DNA of 11,153 nucleotides from Candidatus Hydrogenedentota bacterium (lineage in GTDB: Bacteria > Hydrogenedentota > Hydrogenedentia > Hydrogenedentales > GCA-2746185). Positions 1 through 6,914 of the stretch are shown piece by piece (position 1 is the stretch's first letter; every line of letters starts with the position of its first letter). A program made the position numbers and the translations under genes. The stretch lies in assembly GCA_046583315.1 (NCBI GenBank), contig JAYGCN010000086.1, positions 1-11,153 of the forward strand, written 5' to 3'. The notes below the pieces were generated by a model. That model did not search any database. It was not told the DNA's origin and saw nothing but the letters and a program-made list of their open reading frames with translations.

Positions 1-1217
1 CCTTTGATGAGACGGAATCCATCAAGATTCGCATTCAGCTCGTCAATTTCCGCGTGTTGCTTCTCAATTCGATACGGCTGCAATCCTCCTGCATACCCCG
101 CCGATTGACTGTGATCCGTCATCGTCAGGTATTCGTAGCCCATCTCCTGTGCAGCTTGTGCCATTTCAAGCATGGAATTCTGTCCATCGCTGTAATTCGA
201 GTGACAATGGATCACGCCGCGAATGTCCTCGACTTCAAGTAGACGTGGCGTCTCTTTGAGCTCGAATTCACCCATATCCTCACGCAATTCAGGCGGGATA
301 AAGGGTAGATCCAGGCGTTTATAGATATCCGCTTCGGTATCGCATGCCTGATTTTCATCTCCAGCAAAAAGACCGTACTCATTCAGTTTCAGGTCGCGTT
401 CTTTCGCACGTTGGCGCAACACCACATTATGTTCTTTGCTCCCCGTGAAGTGCATCAATGCATAGGGAAACTGCTCATCCGAAACCACACGAAGGTCCGC
501 TCCGATTCCCGATTTCAGAATGACACTCGACTTCGTCTCGCCATGTCCGACCACGTCCAAAACATACTCATCTTCCACAAAACGTTTCATCACCGCGGCA
601 AGATCGGTGCTGGACAAAATAATATCTACATCTTTGACGACTTCCTTGCAACGGCGCAGGCTCCCTGCCACATCGATGCGAATCACCGACGGTTCTTCCG
701 AGAGGATATTTAGCAGACGCCGGGCTTCCGCATACGCTTTGTCAAAATGGAACTGCCCCTGATGTTCCCTCGCAAAACTGATCCCCTTGAGCAATTTCGC
801 CATCATCTTGGGACCGAAACCCTTCAATTCCGTCAAGCGACCGTCCTCGCAAGCCGTTTTCAAATCATCGAGCGACTCAATTTGCAGGGTGTCATAGATC
901 TGCTTAATACGTTTCGGGCCCAATCCGGGTATCGTAAACAACTCGAAGAGCGCCGGCGGAAATTTACGACGCAGATCCTGGTGATATCCCAGCACACCCG
1001 TCGTCACGAACTCGGTGATCTTCTGTTCCAGCGCATCCCCAACCCCTTTTACTTCTCGCAGGCGGTCTTCCTCGACCAACACGCTCACCGGTGTTTCCAA
1101 ACGCTCGATTTCCCGGGCTACTGAGGTATAGGCACGGCTCTTGAAAGGACTCTCACCTGCCAAATCCAGCAGGAGCGCAATTTCTTCCAGGAGATGAATT
1201 ACTTCTTTATTCGTCAT
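1..1217 (-). CDS. polX: DNA polymerase X family / PHP-domain 3'-5' exonuclease (PolX); C-terminal part lies beyond the window edge
   Basis: Manual translation from ATG at 1217: MTNKEVIHLLEEIALLLDLAGESPFKSRAY..., HhH motifs (VKGVG, IPGLGPKR, LKGFGPK), palm motif AGSLRRCKEVVKDVDII, GADLRVV, HFTGSKEHN, LNEYGLF, IPPELRED, then PHP motifs IHCHSNYSDG and TDHSQS. The frame stays open to position 1 (~405 aa visible). Confidence 0.96.
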   Translation of the reverse strand, partial: MTNKEVIHLLEEIALLLDLAGESPFKSRAYTSVAREIERLETPVSVLVEEDRLREVKGVGDALEQKITEFVTTGVLGYHQDLRRKFPPALFELFTIPGLGPKRIKQIYDTLQIESLDDLKTACEDGRLTELKGFGPKMMAKLLKGISFAREHQGQFHFDKAYAEARRLLNILSEEPSVIRIDVAGSLRRCKEVVKDVDIILSSTDLAAVMKRFVEDEYVLDVVGHGETKSSVILKSGIGADLRVVSDEQFPYALMHFTGSKEHNVVLRQRAKERDLKLNEYGLFAGDENQACDTEADIYKRLDLPFIPPELREDMGEFELKETPRLLEVEDIRGVIHCHSNYSDGQNSMLEMAQAAQEMGYEYLTMTDHSQSAGYAGGLQPYRIEKQHAEIDELNANLDGFRLIK

Positions 1218-1324
1218 TAGAAAATACCAATCACGGCCCACACGGATGGCCGAAAACTGAAACAAGGATTGCGAAAAGTGTATCATGTGGACTTTCGCAC
1301 CGACAACTTAACAGGAACCACTGC

Positions 1325-2020
1325 ATGGGTTGCCTATATCTTATTGCTACACCTATTGGGAATCTCGAAGATATCAGCTACCGCGCGATCCGGATTCTCA
1401 AGGAAATAGACGTGCTGGCCTGCGAAGACACCCGGGTGACCCGAAAACTGTTGACACACTACGAAATCCCGAAGCCGTCTCTCGTTTTCTCGCATCACCA
1501 GCACAATGAAAATAGGTCTGCACCCGGCATCGTAAAGCTGCTCGACGAAGGTAAAACCGTCGCCCTATGCACGGACGGCGGCTATCCGGGCATCAGCGAC
1601 CCCGGCTATCGACTCGTTCACGAAGCGACCGCGCAAGGCCACGAGGTGATCGTTATTCCCGGTGCCAGCGCCGTACCCACCGCGCTTGTATTGTCCGCAT
1701 TACCCAGTTCCAGTTTCCTCTTTCGCGGATTCCCACCAAAGAAAACCGGGCAGCGCCAAAATTTCTTTCGCAAAGACGAAGATCTTCCGCATACCCTAAT
1801 CTATTTCGAATCACCCAAACGGATCGCGGACTTTCTCGCCGACGCGTTCGCGGTCTTCGGTGATCGGCAGGCGGCTGCATGCCTCGAACTCACCAAAAAG
1901 TTCGAACGCGTACACCGATCTTATCTCTCGGAACTCACTGAGAGCTTTGCTGGCGAGCCGCCCAAAGGCGAAATTACCGTCGTTATCGCCGGGAATAACC
2001 CAAAGTTTCGGCGCGATTAA
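1325..2020 (+). CDS. rsmI: 16S rRNA (cytidine(1402)-2'-O)-methyltransferase
   Basis: Diagnostic motifs LYLIATPIGNLEDIS.RA, ACEDTR.T.KLL, DGGYPGISDPG, IPGASA, F.GFPP, YFESPKR, ELTKKFE, KGEI. AGGA SD-like sequence upstream. Confidence 0.96.
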   Translation: MGCLYLIATPIGNLEDISYRAIRILKEIDVLACEDTRVTRKLLTHYEIPKPSLVFSHHQHNENRSAPGIVKLLDEGKTVALCTDGGYPGISDPGYRLVHEATAQGHEVIVIPGASAVPTALVLSALPSSSFLFRGFPPKKTGQRQNFFRKDEDLPHTLIYFESPKRIADFLADAFAVFGDRQAAACLELTKKFERVHRSYLSELTESFAGEPPKGEITVVIAGNNPKFRRD

Positions 2021-2796
2021 TATGACAGACGCATGGTGTAGCGCCCATTCGTCCGCGCGACGGTGCAATCTTCTCCGAACGCTTCGCCAAGTAAATCGCT
2101 GGTCATGATAGATTCTATCGGACCCGCCACGAGCGACTTCCCATCCTTGAGTACGAGGCCGTGCGTCATCCAAGGCCCGATCTCTTCGATATGATGCGTT
2201 ACGTAAATTATCGAAGGCGCATCATCGCCAACTACATAGCCAGCGAGATCGCGCAGGAAATTTTGTCGACTTACCGGATCAAGCCCTTCGCACGGCTCGT
2301 CCAGAATCAACAACTGAGGCCTGTGCACGATCGCGCGCGCTATCTGAACGCGTTTCTGTTCCCCTTGGGACAAGGTCTCATAAGTACGCTCCCAGAGATG
2401 ACCGACGCCAAGTCTATCCAAAGCCTCGCGCGATTCAGCTTCCACTTCATCGTTCCACTCCCCATACCAGCCGAAACTCGCCTCTAGACCAGACGCAACG
2501 ATGCGAACTGCGGTATCCCGTCCCGGCAACTGACGTTGAAGCGAAGCACTCACCCAGCCCATATGTCTGCGATGAAGCCCGACGTGGCACTCACCGTAAC
2601 GTTTTCCGAGAACCTCGATTGTACCGCTCGATGCCCATTCATAGGCCGTCAGCAGTTTCAACAGGGTCGTCTTACCCGAACCGTTTGCGCCAAGCAAGGT
2701 CCAATGTTCGCCGGGAGCAATCTTCCATGATAGATCGTCGATGATCGGATTCGTCTGTCGCAGAAAAGATACACATTCCATTTCCAAGAGATTCAT
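2017..2796 (-). CDS. ABC transporter ATP-binding protein (ModF/YlmA-like single NBD)
   Basis: Walker A GANGSGKT, signature LSQGE, Walker B LLILDEP, H-loop VTHH, and GEHW.LLG typical of this subfamily. ATG at 2796 is preferred over GTG at 2805 because it forms an ATGA overlap with the pcm stop. Confidence 0.9.
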   Translation of the reverse strand: MNLLEMECVSFLRQTNPIIDDLSWKIAPGEHWTLLGANGSGKTTLLKLLTAYEWASSGTIEVLGKRYGECHVGLHRRHMGWVSASLQRQLPGRDTAVRIVASGLEASFGWYGEWNDEVEAESREALDRLGVGHLWERTYETLSQGEQKRVQIARAIVHRPQLLILDEPCEGLDPVSRQNFLRDLAGYVVGDDAPSIIYVTHHIEEIGPWMTHGLVLKDGKSLVAGPIESIMTSDLLGEAFGEDCTVARTNGRYTMRLSY

Positions 2797-3458
2797 GGAC
2801 TCCAACCCTCATCACCGATGAGTGGAACAAAGCGGCAGGGCGTCTCTTTTCGTTCATTAAAGGCATCACCGGTGCGTTGCACAAGGATCAATTTTTGCCT
2901 CTCCTTTTTACCGACAGGACAGATAAGCCGCCCCCCATCCCCCAGTTGCTCGCGAAGCGAATCGGGCACATGCGGTCCACCAGCCGTGACAATTATTGCC
3001 GAAAACGGCGCCGCATCGGGTGCGCCCAGCGTGCCATCCCCCACGCGAAAATCAACATTCTTCAGTCCAAGAGCTTTCAATGCATTCGCCGCACCTTTGG
3101 AAAGACCCCTGTGGCGCTCAACACTCACTACATCAGCACACAACAAAGATAACAATGCCGTCTGATAACCCGAGCCAGTTCCAATTTCCAGAACAAGGTC
3201 ATCCGGCTGTAACTCCAATAGTTCGAGCATATTTGCGACGATATAGGGTTGCGAAATCGTTTGTTTGCAAGCAATCGGCAAGGGATTATCATCGTACGCC
3301 TTCGAGCGAATCGATTCTGGCACGAAAATGTGGCGAGGCATCCTTCTCATCGCGTCCAACACACGCACATCCTTGATTCCACGTTTCTGCAGCTGCTCCG
3401 AAATCATGGCTTGACGTTGGGCGCGTGTATCATCAAGGCGTTTTGAAGTCATAAGCAT
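2793..3458 (-). CDS. pcm: Protein-L-isoaspartate(D-aspartate) O-methyltransferase
   Basis: RGIKD.RVLDAM..PRHIFVP, AY.D.PLPI, QTISQPY, SAM motif VLEIGTGSGYQ, GDGTLG, APF.AIIVTA, QL..GGRLI.PVG, RFVPLIG. The start may be 3458 or 3452. Confidence 0.96.
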   Translation of the reverse strand: MLMTSKRLDDTRAQRQAMISEQLQKRGIKDVRVLDAMRRMPRHIFVPESIRSKAYDDNPLPIACKQTISQPYIVANMLELLELQPDDLVLEIGTGSGYQTALLSLLCADVVSVERHRGLSKGAANALKALGLKNVDFRVGDGTLGAPDAAPFSAIIVTAGGPHVPDSLREQLGDGGRLICPVGKKERQKLILVQRTGDAFNERKETPCRFVPLIGDEGWSP

Positions 3459-3467
3459 CGAAACGGG

Positions 3468-3746
3468 TTATACATAAACGACGGGCAGCGTGCCTATCAG
3501 TATACGTACCAATATCGTTCGAACAAACCAGCAGGCGAACAGAGCGATGATTGGACTCGCATCAAAAGGTCCCCGTACGGGCACACTCTTGCGGATCGCA
3601 TCCAGAAAAGGGTCAACAACGCGCGTCAAAAAACGAAAACGACCGTACTCCAGTTCTAGCCCAATGTGCGGTGCGAGCCAGCGAAGTAGAATCAAAATCA
3701 TATATATCGTGATGCCGCTATGCGCAACACGGACTGCAATTTCCAT
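3468..3746 (-). CDS. YggT-family small membrane protein
   Basis: ~92 aa with two hydrophobic segments and the pattern IY..LILLRWL...FLTRVVDPFL..IR..VP..GPFDASPIIA, matching the YggT consensus (TEP.L.PIR...P..G.lD.SPi). ATG at 3746 overlaps the upstream TGA (TGATG); TTG at 3749 is an alternative start. Confidence 0.85.
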   Translation of the reverse strand: MEIAVRVAHSGITIYMILILLRWLAPHIGLELEYGRFRFLTRVVDPFLDAIRKSVPVRGPFDASPIIALFACWFVRTILVRILIGTLPVVYV

Positions 3747-4420
3747 CAACTCTCCAACCGCTCTTCATTCCACCGGGCATCATCGCCACAAATATCCGGT
3801 ATACCAATATCAGCCACATGCAAGCGGCCCAAATAAGGTGCCGCCGTCGAGGCTGCAAACCCCTTCTTCATAAACTGGAACGTTACCGTTTCATCGGCAC
3901 GGACCGCCAGCCCGCAGGGTTCTCCGGTATCCCCGTGCAACCCCGTGGGAATGTCCACCGCAACAGTTTTTCTTGTGGGCCAATGCTCAATTGCACACCG
4001 AACCAGTCCGCTTACCTCACCACGAGTACCCGTACCAAGCATCGCGTCGATAAGCGTCGCATCCTCCGAAACAGCAGATAACGCCTCTTTCAATTCAGCA
4101 TTCGTAGTGCACACGCAACACGTACCGCCTAGTCGAGTATACACCTTCTTGAATACGAGAGCATCCTTCGTAAGTGTCTCATCGTCCGCAAGCGCAATCA
4201 CACGCGTATCAAGACCCGCCAGGAGCGCATGCCGCGCGACAACATACCCGTCTCCGCCATTGTTTCCTTTGCCGCAGACCACCGTCACCGGGCCACTCGC
4301 GATTCGCTCGAAGACCGCCAGCCCCGCGCGTTCCATCAGGACAAGACTCGGAATTCCAAGGACCTCAATGGCCCGTCGGTCAGCCTCACGCATTTCCGTG
4401 ACACTCAGTGCGCGCTCCAT
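3746..4420 (-). CDS. nnrE: NAD(P)H-hydrate epimerase (YjeF N-terminal domain only)
   Basis: EMREADRRAI...GIPSLVLMERAG, VVCGKGNNGGDG, IDAMLGTG, VAVDIPTG, AVRADETVTF, G.LHVADIGIP. The protein ends at 224 aa with no dehydratase domain. Confidence 0.93.
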   Translation of the reverse strand: MERALSVTEMREADRRAIEVLGIPSLVLMERAGLAVFERIASGPVTVVCGKGNNGGDGYVVARHALLAGLDTRVIALADDETLTKDALVFKKVYTRLGGTCCVCTTNAELKEALSAVSEDATLIDAMLGTGTRGEVSGLVRCAIEHWPTRKTVAVDIPTGLHGDTGEPCGLAVRADETVTFQFMKKGFAASTAAPYLGRLHVADIGIPDICGDDARWNEERLES

Positions 4421-4430
4421 CCCTGTAGCC

Positions 4431-5900
4431 CTACAATCGAACCCGGACGCGATAGGTCAGGACCGTTTCGCCATCGGCCGGCACCAGGACACTAAATACG
4501 GCCGTGGCCACATCAGGTTTGTCGAACTGGATATTTGAACTCAGAATCCGCCAATCGCCGATCATGGGTTCGACCACATCGATCGTCACGTCCTCTTCCT
4601 TATGATTACGCAGCGTGATCTCAAATCCCGATTCAAAGATCGTCGAAGCGATACGCTGAAAGTCTTTCTGCACGCGCTCGCCTACGATATCGAAAGCATT
4701 GCCCAGTTTGAGCCTCACCGTCTCGTCTTTAGGTGTATGACCGATCCGATCCTCTCCGGAGAATTGCAGTGCGCCGGAGCCATCTCGTTGATAAACCCGC
4801 ATGATACCGGCCGGAAGTGGCATACCCAATTCATTCTCTTCCTCATTTTCGAAGACCAGATACGACGCTACTTTCTCAGGCGCGAACTGCGGAATACGCT
4901 GCGAATAGTGATGCGCGCGTCCACGGAATTCATAGATCCGGTTTACATTGATCCCGTGACTCGAAAACAAGTTGATCTGCTTCGACTGCCTGTCCTTAAT
5001 CGTCGTTCGTCTTGGCACTGTATACAAATGAAACTCAGCGAACGATTCCTGCATCGGCGGGGCTGCCGAATCCGCCATCATCATCTCGCGGCCCGAAATC
5101 CCACCCCTTGATCGCGGGCGTTGAACAATATTTACATCTCCCGCGACTAACTTCAGCAATGCGTTCGTATAGGCCGTGCCGGAATTATTATTCAACGTGA
5201 TCCAGCTGTCGAGATTCATTTTCCCCTCTTTATCGTCCAGAACAATCACGTAATCCGAGCGCCACGAGATCCCCTCCGTCAGATACGTCACTTCGATTTC
5301 CTGATCCGTTCCCTGATTGTCCAGCAGCCAGATCAGTGTGGGTTTCGCGATAAGATTCTCGGGGATCTCCGGTAACGTGACACTGCCCGGATGATTCAGA
5401 AATATCTGACCATCGATTTCATAGATAGGACGATTCTGGTTATAACTCACCAGCTTTGCTTCCTTCTCAACAAAGCCGATACTGTCCGAAAAATTGATCA
5501 GCTTGACCGTTTTCCCCACATATTTTTCCATCAGCTTTTCATAACCGATCAAATCGTACTCATAATTCTGCTCCAGAATACGCAGCGCGCCGGGTGTTGT
5601 AATCGAACGCATGCTCACCGTCTCCGGCTTGATGTGTTGCGAGACATCCATGAACCGCAGGGTCATTTCACCGGGAAACAACGAAATCGCACGACGATCC
5701 TTCACCAGCGCCAGGTTGTTGTTGTAAATTGTTACGGCAACGTCCGTCTGATCGTCCAGCGTCGTTTCAGAAGCGCGAAACGCAGCTCCGAGCGGGTCCT
5801 CAATTTTCGCAACATCCGGCCTATCAATCGTTTCCACAGGCGGGTCTTGCGCAGCCGCGACCAGACTCATCCCACTCAAAATACACGCTAACATTTTCAT
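4431..5900 (-). CDS. Secreted DUF4139-domain protein (function unknown)
   Basis: VAVTIYNNNLALVKDRR, ILEQNYEYDL, KPTL.W, YLT.GISW..DY, ITL.NNSG..Y.NA.LKLVAGDVN, LG.PLPAG..RVY, F.GED.I.HTP and a terminal L.YRVRV resemble DUF4139 proteins. The likely start is ATG at 5900 (GGAG upstream), giving signal peptide MKMLACILSGMSLVAAA|Q; the ORF track starts at 5924. Confidence 0.82.
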   Translation of the reverse strand: MKMLACILSGMSLVAAAQDPPVETIDRPDVAKIEDPLGAAFRASETTLDDQTDVAVTIYNNNLALVKDRRAISLFPGEMTLRFMDVSQHIKPETVSMRSITTPGALRILEQNYEYDLIGYEKLMEKYVGKTVKLINFSDSIGFVEKEAKLVSYNQNRPIYEIDGQIFLNHPGSVTLPEIPENLIAKPTLIWLLDNQGTDQEIEVTYLTEGISWRSDYVIVLDDKEGKMNLDSWITLNNNSGTAYTNALLKLVAGDVNIVQRPRSRGGISGREMMMADSAAPPMQESFAEFHLYTVPRRTTIKDRQSKQINLFSSHGINVNRIYEFRGRAHHYSQRIPQFAPEKVASYLVFENEEENELGMPLPAGIMRVYQRDGSGALQFSGEDRIGHTPKDETVRLKLGNAFDIVGERVQKDFQRIASTIFESGFEITLRNHKEEDVTIDVVEPMIGDWRILSSNIQFDKPDVATAVFSVLVPADGETVLTYRVRVRL

Positions 5901-5941
5901 ATCGGTCTCCAATCTAGAGGGCATAAGGCCTCAATACCCCT

Positions 5942-5968
5942 TTTGACCCCGGAACTCCCAAAAAGTTC
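5942..5968 (-). promoter_or_regulatory. sigmaE/ECF-type promoter upstream of the DUF4139 operon
   Basis: The minus strand reads GAACTT (5968-5963), a 16-nt spacer, then TCAAA (5946-5942), matching the RpoE consensus GAACTT-N16-TCAAA. It points towards the gene, ~40 nt before its start. Confidence 0.7.
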
Positions 5969-6068
5969 GCAGGTTGGACTGTATATCTTCGCATCGCTCG
6001 TTGTATACTAGCTTCATTCGACCGGGAGATCCACGATTTTCAGACGCGCTCGACATAAGTACCCCGCA

Positions 6069-6902
6069 TTGAGCACCGCGATACTCCTTTTTTCAGCAAT
6101 TGCCCTGTGCCTGCCCTACACAAGCGACATTCACGCGCAATTCTGGGGCGGACCCAATGCCGAGACGCCACCACCGCCCGGCCTCGAGGATTTCCCCAAG
6201 GAAAAGTTCACCTTCTGCACCATCGCGTATAGCCCCAATGGCTACCACGAACCACTGGGATTCGGATGGAACACCGATTACCCCGACTCCGGCCACAATT
6301 TCATGCTGCGCCTCTCGCAACTCACCACGATCGAAATCAACACCGACGACTACGGCGATCCCATTCAGGAAGTGATTCGACTCACCGACCCTACCCTGTT
6401 CAACTACCCCTACATCTTCATGTCCGACGTCGGCACCGCAACCTTCAGCAAAAAAGAAGCCGAAGCCCTGCGTGAATATCTCGTGCGCGGCGGACTGCTC
6501 CACGTCGACGACTTCTGGGGCGACGATGCCTGGATAAACTGGGAAGCCGAAATCTACGGAGTCCTCTCCCCTGACGAGTACGATATCATCGATATACCCC
6601 TCGACCACGAAATCTTCCACGTCGTTTTTGACGTCACCGAAATCCCGCAGGTCCCCTCGATTCAGCACTGGTACCGCTCCGGCGGCTCAACCACATCCGA
6701 ACGTGGACTCGAAACCGAAGAACCCCACTTCCGCGGTATCTTCGATCAAAACGGACGCCTCATGGTGCTCATGACCCACAACACCGACATCGCCGACGGC
6801 TGGGAAAAAGAACGCGAGAACCTCGAATACTTCCAGGAATTCTCCGTAAAAAAATCCTACCCCATAGGAATCAACATAGTCGTCTACGCCATGACGCACT
6901 AA
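6069..6902 (+). CDS. Secreted DUF4159-domain protein; true start possibly ATT at 6036
   Basis: Hydrophobic signal with IHA|Q cleavage site; GW.TDYPD, RL.QLT, LTDP.LF.YP.I, E...LREYL.RGG.L.VDDFWG, IPLDHEIFH, GRLMV...HNTD..DGWE, GINIVVYAMTH* are characteristic of DUF4159. Strong C-ending codon bias supports this frame. Confidence 0.85.
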   Translation: MSTAILLFSAIALCLPYTSDIHAQFWGGPNAETPPPPGLEDFPKEKFTFCTIAYSPNGYHEPLGFGWNTDYPDSGHNFMLRLSQLTTIEINTDDYGDPIQEVIRLTDPTLFNYPYIFMSDVGTATFSKKEAEALREYLVRGGLLHVDDFWGDDAWINWEAEIYGVLSPDEYDIIDIPLDHEIFHVVFDVTEIPQVPSIQHWYRSGGSTTSERGLETEEPHFRGIFDQNGRLMVLMTHNTDIADGWEKERENLEYFQEFSVKKSYPIGINIVVYAMTH

Positions 6903-6914
6903 GTAGACTCGCTG

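Noticed and set aside
54..1124. Plus-strand ORFs 54..242, 411..713, 520..762, 747..1124
   Set aside because: Antisense shadows of polX with no recognisable motifs.
2161..5917. Many plus-strand ORFs opposite the five-gene operon (e.g. 3945..4538, 4602..5111, 5391..5891)
   Set aside because: They overlap well-supported minus-strand genes and lack family motifs.
5979..5994. CTGTATAT resembling an E. coli LexA half-site
   Set aside because: The second half-site (ACAG) is absent.
6093..6668. 191-aa minus-strand ORF
   Set aside because: Shadow produced by the C-ending codon bias of the DUF4159 gene.
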